NCBI GenBank assembly: GCA_048885285.1 | Contig: JBHLQA010000001.1 | Span: 1 to 26,326, forward strand | From: Candidatus Odinarchaeota archaeon | GTDB lineage: Archaea; Asgardarchaeota; Lokiarchaeia; Sigyniarchaeales; SOKP01 | Direction of reading: 5' to 3' | DNA length: 26,326 bases | Shown here: positions 1-8,971 of the stretch, piece after piece | Position numbering within the stretch: position 1 is the first letter of the stretch | Layout: each line of letters opens with the position of its first letter | Position numbers and translations under genes: made by a program | The notes under the pieces: model-generated | Databases searched by the model: none | What the model saw: the letters and a program-made list of their open reading frames with translations, nothing else | What the model was told of the DNA's origin: nothing

Positions 1-83
1 TAAAAAAAAATTAAATATATTACAATTTAATATATTTTTAAATAAGATTATTCTAATCTAATCAAAAACTTTTTGTTATCTAA

Positions 84-2069
84 ATGCCTAAACAGCGAAT
101 AATATTTGATGCAAATTTCTTTATTTGTATGCTCCAAATTAAAGCTCGAAATTTTCTAAATAATTTAGAAATTGTAGCAGAAGATTTGGGATATGAATAT
201 TATATCTCCCAAATTGTATTAGATGAAGTAAAAGCGCCCCACACCTATAAAGGAAAGCTAAAAAACATTATAAATACAGAAAAAGTTTTACAAAAAGAAA
301 TTGATACCGTTAAAAAAGATTTAAACCAATTTAATATAAGATTTCCCGCTCAAGATCCTGATTTGACACTTGTATGTATTGGAAAGAAATTATTGGCGGA
401 TAATGATGCGTTACCTGTTCATTTAGTGACAGATGATTTTAAATTAGCAAAAAATACAAATTTACTCTATAAAGGAAAGATTAATATATTATCTCTTTCA
501 AGTTTTTTGTTGAAAATACTAAAATCAACATCTAAATCTCAGATGAGAAAATACTTTAAAGAACTTTGGAAGAGAAGTCTTAATTATACATTATCATATA
601 TGATTGAACGCTCTAAGATATATCCTGCTGAACAAAAAATAACTTGGTTAATTGAAAAAGCGATTGCTGTTACAGAAACTTCGATTCTTACTCAGGATGT
701 TGAGTTAGAAAATCCTGATACAGGTGTTAAATTTGCGATCGGAACTTCTAAATATGCAGATGAAATCAATATTGCTGAGAAATATATTTCTAATCAAGAT
801 ATTCCTCAAAGTGAGGAGGAACAAATAATTGGAATAGTAAAATTTCTAGAAAATTTAAAAATTTCAAGAGAATATGTAATTAGGGCTAGAGAGGCGATAG
901 TAAAAAGTGATACAAAAAACGCTATAAAATATTTAAAAACTGGGAATGGTTTTTTAGTTTCTTTGCTTCAAGTTGCATCAGGGCAGTTGAATAATATAAA
1001 GGATTATGAGATTGTAGAACAGTTAATATGTTCCGAAATTAGTAAAATGGAATTTTTACGGGCATTTTTATTAGTTTCCCTCGGGCGTATTAACGCAGCT
1101 ATAGATTCGCTCGAAAGAGCGGCTTTATTTTCGATAATAATTCACAATTATAAGACTTGCTTAACTCTAAATTATATAAAGGCTTTGATCTATTTATTTC
1201 ATGGACTTTATGAAAACGCAATTAAGCAATATAATTTTACTGAAGAATTAGCTGATATTTACGAAGATGATAAGTTGAGACTCAAATCTTTAATTGGTAA
1301 AGCTATAGCAATTTACATTCAAGGCGATAACAAGGAAACAGCAATGAATATCATGGACGAAATTTCTAAAATCGATTTAGATGAAAATTTTCTTGATGCG
1401 ATTATAGTATTTAGTGAATTAGGTGACTATTTCTTGGCTTTGGGCCATTCTCAGATTGCAGTAAATCTTTATAATCAAGCATTGGAAATATCAATTGACT
1501 ACAAATTAACATTTAAAAGTGAAACCCTAATAGAAAAACTAAAAAGATCTTATATTGCAACAGTATTAGATGGTTATTCGGCAGAAGATATGGTTGAAAA
1601 ATTAGATGTTTTATTAGATAAGGCATATTCAATAAAAGATGTTGAAAAATATAATGAGCAAATAAAAAAAATAGCAAGTTTTAATCTCTTATTTTATACT
1701 CCTTTCCCATATATAACTGGTAAAACTAAAACAATTACTTTCTCAAAATTACCTAGAGAACTTCAAGAGGATTATTTAGAAGTAGTATATTTCGAAAAAT
1801 CAAAAGATACTAAAGACCTCATGCTTTTTATTGTAAGTCACTATGAATTAGGATTATTAGGAATTAAATTAAAAACAACTGAAAATGTTACTGGAATTGC
1901 AGAAAATTATACACTTAAAATTAAACCGACAGCTAAATTAAAAATATATGAACCTGAAGAAGATTTAAAAAATGATTTCTTAATTAGAGCTGTTATCGAA
2001 GTTTCAGCAAAAGATCAGGTTAATATTATTTATACATTACCTTCTTTTTTCAAACAATTAAATTTATGA
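84..2069 (+). CDS. PIN-domain (putative RNase) + TPR-like helical repeat protein, 661 aa
   Basis: N-terminal PIN pattern IIFDANFFI...VLDEV...QDPD...LVTDDFKL. Central region has TPR-like helices (AIDSLERAAL; YENAIKQYNFTEELA; LGDYFLALGHSQIAVNLYNQALEIS). The C-terminal ~120 aa is not recognised. Confidence 0.7.
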   Translation: MPKQRIIFDANFFICMLQIKARNFLNNLEIVAEDLGYEYYISQIVLDEVKAPHTYKGKLKNIINTEKVLQKEIDTVKKDLNQFNIRFPAQDPDLTLVCIGKKLLADNDALPVHLVTDDFKLAKNTNLLYKGKINILSLSSFLLKILKSTSKSQMRKYFKELWKRSLNYTLSYMIERSKIYPAEQKITWLIEKAIAVTETSILTQDVELENPDTGVKFAIGTSKYADEINIAEKYISNQDIPQSEEEQIIGIVKFLENLKISREYVIRAREAIVKSDTKNAIKYLKTGNGFLVSLLQVASGQLNNIKDYEIVEQLICSEISKMEFLRAFLLVSLGRINAAIDSLERAALFSIIIHNYKTCLTLNYIKALIYLFHGLYENAIKQYNFTEELADIYEDDKLRLKSLIGKAIAIYIQGDNKETAMNIMDEISKIDLDENFLDAIIVFSELGDYFLALGHSQIAVNLYNQALEISIDYKLTFKSETLIEKLKRSYIATVLDGYSAEDMVEKLDVLLDKAYSIKDVEKYNEQIKKIASFNLLFYTPFPYITGKTKTITFSKLPRELQEDYLEVVYFEKSKDTKDLMLFIVSHYELGLLGIKLKTTENVTGIAENYTLKIKPTAKLKIYEPEEDLKNDFLIRAVIEVSAKDQVNIIYTLPSFFKQLNL

Positions 2070-2102
2070 TTCTATGGTTTTATAATAATAAATGGATTGA
2101 GA

Positions 2103-2219
2103 ATTTATCAATATGAACTTACATTACTGGAATAATTTTCCTTTAATATAGATGTTTGTCTTGCCATTTTCAAGCTTAAGGGTTAAGTTGCTGTTTATGG
2201 CAAATTCATTTGGCATCAT
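2103..2219 (-). pseudogene. Remnant of the N-terminal domain found on Lokiarchaeal LRR-type proteins
   Basis: Minus strand from ATG at 2219 reads MMPNEFAINSNLTLKLENGKTNIYIKGKLFQ*CKFILIN (TAA at 2126-2124). This resembles the recalled F.IN..LTLKLE..KT.IY..G..F.QCK..L.N motif; similarity ends after ~40 codons. Confidence 0.55.
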
Positions 2220-2360
2220 TCTAATTATAGGATTTTATCCTTATAAATTTAATTTTAAGGTCCTCGTTAATTTCAAAATGGCAATATTGCCAGAATTCCC
2301 CTGAAAAAATATTATGTTTATTTAGAAACAGAGAATTATATACAACCAGAGTTGTTGGAT

Positions 2361-2633
2361 CTATGGTCTCCTCTCATCTTTCGCTCTTTGGGAAATTCTC
2401 CCCATATGTACTCCACAACTAATGCAGTAATATTTCGTTTTACTTGGAGCTTGAATAATTGTACCCGCTTTTTTTAGTTCAGAATACATTCGTCCATCCA
2501 CAAGAGAAACCCTTCTTGTTACAGCTTTTGCTTTACTTCTTGGCACAAACCTTCCACATTTACTACATTGAACTCTAGCATAGTGTCCTTTACTAGAACC
2601 GCTTTTACCGCCACTTTTTCTTTTTTTTGGAAT
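2361..2633 (-). CDS. rps26e: 30S ribosomal protein S26e (90 aa, apparently starting at ATT; the ORF track captures only the C-terminal 61 aa)
   Basis: The frame extends upstream of the listed GTG as (ATT)PKKRKSGGKSGSSKGHYARVQCSKCGRFVPRSKA...YYCISCGVH. It has the S26e N-terminus and Zn-finger CxxC...CxxCxxH. Confidence 0.92.
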   Translation of the reverse strand: MPKKRKSGGKSGSSKGHYARVQCSKCGRFVPRSKAKAVTRRVSLVDGRMYSELKKAGTIIQAPSKTKYYCISCGVHMGRISQRAKDERRP

Positions 2634-2768
2634 AAAAATCAGCCAATATGTAATTTATCTTATTTACATTTTACAGTATTAACTAATAGAATAGGGTAAA
2701 CCTTAAAAAATTTATCTTTCGGCATAAAAATTATAAAAACAAATAATTAATTTCGGTTAAACTAAAAA

Positions 2769-3491
2769 TCAATTTATATCTTTTCTATTAATATTAGGAC
2801 TTTTTAAAGCTTTAAAGGCATAACTTAATCTTTGTAGAAGAGTATAAACTAAAGCACAAGTGTAGATTAAAATAGCTATAAGAAAAACAGGTGTCACTGG
2901 GATTCTAGTAATAAAGGGAATAAGAATTGTTAACGGTTCACTTGATAAAATGCTTGTTGAAAAATATGTAATTAATTCTATTATTATAGTAAAAAGTAAA
3001 AACAAAATACGTTCAGCTCGTTCCATAATTCCGATACCCTTCATATTCACATCCTCACTTTCAGCTCTAGAACGAACGTAAGAAATCATAACAACTAAAA
3101 ACAGAATTATATAACCAAATAAATAATTTACTAATCCTCCGAATATTAGACTCAAAATTAATATGGCATCTGAAAGTCTATCTAAATTTGAATCAAGAAA
3201 TGCACCAGATTGCGTTTCTTTTCCTGTTCTTCTCGCTACTTCCCCATCAAATAAATCAAAAGCACCTGCAAATCCTAAGATAAAAGGAATTATCCATGAA
3301 AGCCATATTGAAAAATATAAACCACATATTGCAATTAATAATGAACCCACTAATGTACATATAAATCCTAAATAGGATATTATATTAGGTGTAAAATTAT
3401 GTTTAATCAAAAATTCTACTGGACGATCAATAAATCTATTTAAAATTTCTCTCTCTTTAGTTCTCTTTTTAGTCTCAATTATTTCATTCAA
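2769..3491 (-). CDS. CDP-alcohol phosphatidyltransferase (archaetidylinositol-phosphate synthase/PgsA-like)
   Basis: Signature DLFDGEVARRTGKETQSGAFLDSNLDRLSD, TPNIISY motif, YVRSRAES and GIMERAER; multiple transmembrane segments. Confidence 0.93.
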   Translation of the reverse strand: MNEIIETKKRTKEREILNRFIDRPVEFLIKHNFTPNIISYLGFICTLVGSLLIAICGLYFSIWLSWIIPFILGFAGAFDLFDGEVARRTGKETQSGAFLDSNLDRLSDAILILSLIFGGLVNYLFGYIILFLVVMISYVRSRAESEDVNMKGIGIMERAERILFLLFTIIIELITYFSTSILSSEPLTILIPFITRIPVTPVFLIAILIYTCALVYTLLQRLSYAFKALKSPNINRKDIN

Positions 3492-3562
3492 TTTGCTTAT
3501 AAAAACTAATATCTGATATTTTAGATTATTATTTTTAAAATTATATTATAATAAAAAATTTA

Positions 3563-4159
3563 TTATAATGCTAATAAATGTAATTTCAATAATCTTATAA
3601 CTGAAGAAGCTAGATAAGATTGATTTCCAATACTTATCTTTGGAATTTTTAATGTAGATAATTCCTGTGAGTAAATATATCCATCCTCTTGACTCCCAAT
3701 TATGAAAAGGATATTTTGTTTTTCTCGAAGAATATTTAATATCTTAAAAAATTCTTGACCTTGTTCAGACAAGATATAAATATCATAATTTGATTCTTGA
3801 AAGTAGTTTATTGCTTCTATTAAATTCATTTTTGAATTTCTAATTGGATGTGACGATTTAAGTTTCAAGTCTTCATTGTTATGAACTTTTCGAAGAAAAT
3901 CAACGAAATAATCAGAAAAAAGGATTTCATTTTTAGGAAAAAAATCATAATCAAAAAATTTAGAATTAAAACAAAAAATACCATAACGTTCTAAAAATAT
4001 CCATATCTGTATATTTCTTTCAAGAGAATTATATCTTGAAATTGCTGCCAAAATACATCGTGAAATTACATCTAATCTTCCTGAAGTTCCTGGTATATCT
4101 TTGATATTATAATTATCAATATTTACTGTTTTAGAATAGATAAAGAAGACAATATTCAT
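3563..4159 (-). CDS. trmY: tRNA (pseudouridine54-N1)-methyltransferase, SPOUT family
   Basis: DIPGTSGRLDVISRCILAA motif and C-terminal SPOUT knot (FIIGSQEDG...KISIGNQSYLASSVI). Confidence 0.85.
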   Translation of the reverse strand: MNIVFFIYSKTVNIDNYNIKDIPGTSGRLDVISRCILAAISRYNSLERNIQIWIFLERYGIFCFNSKFFDYDFFPKNEILFSDYFVDFLRKVHNNEDLKLKSSHPIRNSKMNLIEAINYFQESNYDIYILSEQGQEFFKILNILREKQNILFIIGSQEDGYIYSQELSTLKIPKISIGNQSYLASSVIRLLKLHLLAL

Positions 4160-4237
4160 AGAGCATAAACAATTTATTTAATATGTATAAGAAATCTTTT
4201 TTTTATTAAAAGTATTATAATAAGATTTGATAATAAT

Positions 4238-5173
4238 ATGGATGAAATTGATTTTACAATCTGCATGCTTTTAATGACTAATTCAAGGATGCCTTATAAA
4301 AATTTAGCAGAATTTTTTCATATAAGCATCAATTCCATCCATAAGAGAATTAGATCTTTAGTCAATCTTAATATTATTCAAGGTTTTAAAGCTCGTCTTG
4401 GTTTTGCGAATTTTCCGAATATTTCTAATATTTTAATGTATGGTATCTCAAATATCAAAGATAAAAAAAAATTGATGAAACAATTGGGTAATAATGAAAA
4501 TATTTATAATATAACTCGTGCAAGTGGAAACTTATTCTATATCCACGCTTATATTCGAAATACAAGTGAATTAGATTATTTAATTTCATATATCCGTAAG
4601 AATGGAGATATTAGAGATTTAACTATTGGTATTGATAGGAATGTGCCATCATTTTCTTCAGAAAACATTAAAAAGCTCTCAGATATGGATTATCTTATTA
4701 TAGATTCTTTAAAAGATAATGCTAGAAAAAACATATCAGATATTGCTAATGAATTAAATATTTCCACTAAAACTGTTAGTAGGAGGTTAGATAACCTAAT
4801 CAACAACCTTTTAGTCCAATTCCAGATTGACTGGTATCCTGATAATTCTGGTCAAATTATCTCAATAATTATCTTAAATTTAAAGTCTGAATTGATTATA
4901 GATGATAATGAATTCATTAATAATCTAAAAAACCATTATGGTTCAAAAATCCTTTTTACGTGGTCTTTTAGTAATTTACCTCATATTAAACTTGTTAGTT
5001 TTTGGATTGAATCAATGAAGGAATTACAAAGTATCGAAGCTTCATTCCTTTCTGATATAAGATATGAATCAGTAGAAATAACTATACTTATTCAAGGAAA
5101 AATGTATTCTACATGGATTGACAAACAATTAGAAGAAAGAGTTAAAGATATAAAACTTAAACTAAAAAGATAA
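4238..5173 (+). CDS. Lrp/AsnC-family transcriptional regulator with two HTH-RAM units
   Basis: Two HTH motifs: MDEIDFTI...NSRMPYKNLAEFFHISINSIHKRIRSL and LSDMDYLIIDSLKDNARKNISDIANELNISTKTVSRRLDNL. Confidence 0.88.
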   Translation: MDEIDFTICMLLMTNSRMPYKNLAEFFHISINSIHKRIRSLVNLNIIQGFKARLGFANFPNISNILMYGISNIKDKKKLMKQLGNNENIYNITRASGNLFYIHAYIRNTSELDYLISYIRKNGDIRDLTIGIDRNVPSFSSENIKKLSDMDYLIIDSLKDNARKNISDIANELNISTKTVSRRLDNLINNLLVQFQIDWYPDNSGQIISIIILNLKSELIIDDNEFINNLKNHYGSKILFTWSFSNLPHIKLVSFWIESMKELQSIEASFLSDIRYESVEITILIQGKMYSTWIDKQLEERVKDIKLKLKR

Positions 5174-5488
5174 CTTTTGGAATAAAAATTCTCAGTTTTC
5201 ATACATAATAAGGTGATAATGTAGAATAAGGACTTTCTTGATATTTTTTACTTGATAATTTAAATATTGATGTAAATAGAACAAAATAGATTAGTAATAA
5301 TTATACTATTCTTAACCCACTTGGGTTAAAAAACGCCCATTTTGCCATTATTTTTTACTCATTTATTATATTATGAGATATCATCGAATTTATAAGCAAT
5401 ATATGCTATTTTGATATCAATTAATGGACTAAAAATGTTTTATATTGATTTAAATGTTAAATTATGTAAAGCAAAACAAGTGAATAAA

Positions 5489-6307
5489 ATGTCAGAAATT
5501 AAAACAAAAGAATATGAAAAACCTGAAAATATTATAAACCCAAATAGTAAATTTTCTATTGAGGTAGATAACCTTAAGAAAGTATTTAAAGCGAAGAAAG
5601 GTTATGATGACGTAATCGCGGTTGACGACATCTCATTTAAAGTAAAATCTGGCGAATCATTTGGTTTCTTAGGTCCAAATGGAGCAGGAAAAACAACGAC
5701 AATTAATATCTTGATTGGATTATTAAAAGCAACAAGTGGCATTGCAATAATAAATGGATATAATGTAAATGATGGACTCTATCATATTAAACAATTGATT
5801 GGAGTTTGCCCTCAAGAACCTGCGATATTTAAATTTCTAACAGGAAAAGAAATGATTGAACTTTTTGGTGGTCTTCATTCAATGAATAAAGCTGAAATAA
5901 GGGAGAGAACTAATAAATTATTAGAGATTCTAAATTTGTCCAATGCGAGTAAGAGAAAAACTAAAGGGTATAGTGGTGGAATGTTGAGACAATTAAATTT
6001 AATAATAGCGCTAATTCATGACCCCAAAATAGCCTTTTTAGATGAGCCTACTGTTGGCATGGATCCCAGAGTCCGTAGGGCAACTTGGGAATTCATACGT
6101 TCACTAAAGAAAACCAATAAATCAATATTTCTAACAACACATTACATTGAAGAAGCTGAAAAACTCTGTGATAGAGTAGCAATAATAGATTATGGAAAAA
6201 TAATTGAAAGCGGAAATCCAAAGGAACTTATTGAAAAATACTCAGTTAACAATTTAGAGGATGTATTTATGAAAATTACAGGAAGAAGAATAATGGAAGG
6301 GATGTAA
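5489..6307 (+). CDS. ABC-2/drug-exporter ATP-binding subunit (DrrA-like)
   Basis: Walker A GPNGAGKTT, signature YSGGM, Walker B IAFLDEP, H-loop TTHY. ATG at 5489 is preferred over the upstream TTG at 5411 because no ABC-like sequence lies before it. Confidence 0.92.
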   Translation: MSEIKTKEYEKPENIINPNSKFSIEVDNLKKVFKAKKGYDDVIAVDDISFKVKSGESFGFLGPNGAGKTTTINILIGLLKATSGIAIINGYNVNDGLYHIKQLIGVCPQEPAIFKFLTGKEMIELFGGLHSMNKAEIRERTNKLLEILNLSNASKRKTKGYSGGMLRQLNLIIALIHDPKIAFLDEPTVGMDPRVRRATWEFIRSLKKTNKSIFLTTHYIEEAEKLCDRVAIIDYGKIIESGNPKELIEKYSVNNLEDVFMKITGRRIMEGM

Positions 6308-7045
6308 TTGAATTTTAAGAGAATAAGAGTTTTATTGAAGATAGAATTATTAAAAATAGTTCGAGAACCAGCATTTTTGTTTATGATGTTATTATTTCCC
6401 GCAATTCTTACAATTATGTTAGGCTTTATTTTTGCAGATCCTGAGTTAGGTATGTCTATGGAAACTGTTGCTCCGGGATTATTTGGATATGCGTGCATAT
6501 TTATTATAATGATTGTTGCCCAATCGTTTACCGAAATGAGAGATCAGGGGCTATTAAAGAGATTAAACACCTCTCCTATGACATCAGGAGATTTTATGGC
6601 TAGTGAAATCATTTCAAATATGATTATGGTTATATTACAAGTAATTATAGTGTATCTTTTAGCTCTTCCCTTTGGATTTAATCCAAACACGAATGTTCTT
6701 GGAATGTTCTTGGCGTTTCTTTTAATGATTGTATTTTCCCTAAGTTCAGTAGGATTAGGGCTTATAACAGCCACAATCTCAAAATCTTCCGGAACCGCCA
6801 CAGGCTTATCATTTATCTTTATTTTACCTCAAATGTTTCTTGGAACTTTTATACCAGTTACTGCAACCACTAAACCTATTGCTTTGTTCATGCCAAGTTA
6901 TTATGCAACCCAAGCTTTAACTGCAGTTTTCAGTGGTGATTTAACAAATCCTTGGCTAATTTATGGTTTTACCTTTATTACTACAGTGAGTTTAATAATA
7001 ATAACTATTGGTGTGTTCTTATTCAAGAAATTTGGAAATAAATAG
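6308..7045 (+). CDS. ABC-2 type permease
   Basis: About six hydrophobic segments; EMRDQGLLKRLNTSP and MPSYYATQAL motifs; starts (TTG) immediately after the ATPase stop. Confidence 0.9.
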   Translation: MNFKRIRVLLKIELLKIVREPAFLFMMLLFPAILTIMLGFIFADPELGMSMETVAPGLFGYACIFIIMIVAQSFTEMRDQGLLKRLNTSPMTSGDFMASEIISNMIMVILQVIIVYLLALPFGFNPNTNVLGMFLAFLLMIVFSLSSVGLGLITATISKSSGTATGLSFIFILPQMFLGTFIPVTATTKPIALFMPSYYATQALTAVFSGDLTNPWLIYGFTFITTVSLIIITIGVFLFKKFGNK

Positions 7046-7108
7046 ATAATATTATGAATCTCTAACCTTTTCCTTTTATTTTAATTTTTAGTTAATAAAA
7101 AAAGGGTT

Positions 7109-7606
7109 TTAAATATTGGTATTAATCGAATTCTTTTTTTTATACCTAATAATTAAATAGAATACAGAAGACATTATAATGACTGAGATTGCGACACCTA
7201 AAATTGCGGTACTATATACATTAGTTATCTAGTTAAATATAGGTTCCCAGGGGGATACTAAATCCTCAAGCCAAGATTCACCATTTTGATATATCAATAC
7301 TCTCTCTAATCCATCTGGAGCAGTTGATAAAATTCCAATTGTAAATCCTACCGCTATCATTAGTATTAATGTTATAGAAACTATGAATATTGTAATTATC
7401 GGTTTCCTATATTTGGAAATATTTATTATTTTTATTTTTTCCATCATAATAGATTCAGTTATAATTATTTCTGGTTTAATTCTATAAATGTATAATGCAA
7501 TTAAAGCAGAAATAATCGCTTCGCTAATACCTATTAAAAGGTGCCAATAAATCATGGCTGGGATAGCAATTTGAAATGGAACTGCACCTGAAATAATGAT
7601 TTCAAT
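7109..7606 (-). pseudogene. cbiM: 5'-truncated CbiM/NikM-type ECF substrate component fused to a PDGLE (CbiN/NikN-like) domain
   Basis: Frame reads IEIIISGAVPFQIAIPAMIYWHLLIGISEAIIS (CbiM C-terminus) then STAPDGLERV (PDGLE). After an in-frame TAG (7231-7229) it continues into a TM helix ITNVYSTAILGVAISVIIMSSVFYLIIRYKKK to TAA at 7111-7109. The N-terminal part of CbiM is absent. Confidence 0.75.
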
Positions 7607-8354
7607 TATGCTGTAGAAGTAGAGGATTTAGATTATACTTATAATTCTGGTTTTAAAATACAGAATATATCATTTAAACTAGAGGAAAAAGTAATATGTG
7701 GACTTACGGGAAATAGTGGTTCAGATAAAACCACACTATTAAGACTATTAGTTGGACTATTAAAACCTAAATCAAGTAATATTAAGATTTTCAATGATCT
7801 GCTTACAAGAAATAAACAAGAATTATGGGAGATTAGGAAATCAATTGGATTTTTATTCTAAAATCCTGATAATCAATTATTTACCCCTACTATTGAAGAA
7901 GATATTAGTTTTGGCCCAAGGGATTTAAAACTCGATGAGGAAGAGGTAAAATTAAGAGTAGATTGGGCTTCAGATGCCGTAAACTTATCTGAGTTTAGAA
8001 CTTATTCACCTTTTAATCTTTCTTGGGGACAAAAAAAGAGCCGCTTTAGCAAGATTACTAGTAATGAAATCTAAATTACTAATTTTAGATGAACCTTTTG
8101 TAAATTTAGATTTTAAATCAATCTACAATCATCTTGGAATTTTAGAAAAATTGCGAAAAGAAAATGAAATCACTATCTTTTTCACCTCTCATAATTTATT
8201 TTTCGTGGAACACTGGACGAAAAAAATGTTATTTTTGGACAAGGGAAGGATTCTTTTTGATGGAAAACCTCATGAAGGATTAAGAAATTCAGATGTTAAA
8301 CAATTGTTAGGCTCATATGATGAAATATTGACTCTGATAAAAAAGAATAATTAG
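7604..8354 (+). pseudogene. cbiO: ECF transporter ATPase (CbiO/EcfA-like), inactivated
   Basis: Reads NYAVEVEDLDYTY...GLTGNSGSDKTTLL (Walker A G>D), IGFLF*NPDNQLFTPTIEEDISFGP (TAA at 7859-7861 where Gln is expected) and NLSWGQKK. A frameshift near 8031-8041 leads into RAALARLLVMKSKLLILDEPF...SHNL. No start codon seen. Confidence 0.85.
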
Positions 8355-8437
8355 TATATTCAATCATTTCTTTTTCTGTTAAATTAATTTTAAATTTGCT
8401 AAATTTATGTTTTTATAAAATTTAATATATAAAATTC

Positions 8438-8938
8438 ATGCTTCTTACAATAACTTACTTTCATCAAATAAAAGGTCCAAGCGTATTAATATCTTATCCA
8501 GATGTTAACTTAGAAGAAGATATTGTAAGTAGGCTTCTTAAATTCTTTGATCTTGAAATTGATGAAACTTTTTTTGAAATTGTTCTGATAACTAAAAAAA
8601 AAAAAATAATCAATTTTCATTTTGAAATTCCCTCAGAGTGGGGACGAGGGAAAAAAGAATTTGCTATGTTGTCTTTAATTATGAAAAGAGAATATGAAAG
8701 TGAATTAGTTTATGCCTTTATTATTGACGCTTCTTATAAAATTCTTAAAACTAAAAATGTTTTTAAGGCTCTTTATAAGGATGATGACTTTCGTAACGGT
8801 AATGATTTAGAAATTGATATAACCTATGAACAGATTAGAAAAATACTATATAACTGCCTAAATAGTTTAATTTCAAGAATAGAAGATAAAATTAAAGGAG
8901 TAAATAGAAAAGATCCTTTTCCTTTCTCTAAAAAATAA
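8438..8938 (+). CDS. Stand-alone uDENN/longin-like domain protein (Asgard eukaryotic-signature type), 166 aa
   Basis: YFHQIKGPSVLISYP resembles the F.(H/D)...GP start of uDENN/NPRL2-type longins; EWGRGKKEFAMLSLI resembles the ARG..R motif of folliculin/SMCR8 longins. Confidence 0.6.
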   Translation: MLLTITYFHQIKGPSVLISYPDVNLEEDIVSRLLKFFDLEIDETFFEIVLITKKKKIINFHFEIPSEWGRGKKEFAMLSLIMKREYESELVYAFIIDASYKILKTKNVFKALYKDDDFRNGNDLEIDITYEQIRKILYNCLNSLISRIEDKIKGVNRKDPFPFSKK

Positions 8939-8971
8939 AAATTTTTATAATCAATTTATTCTATAACTATA

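Noticed and set aside
5411-5488. N-terminal extension of the ABC ATPase from TTG 5411
   Set aside because: AT-rich, promoter-like sequence with no ABC similarity; ATG 5489 gives a normal-length protein.
7229-7861. In-frame TAG (7231-7229) and TAA (7859-7861) as possible recoded stops (pyrrolysine or alternative code)
   Set aside because: They co-occur with a frameshift, a Walker A mutation and truncation; other genes end normally at TAA/TAG; each is one substitution from the expected Trp or Gln codon.
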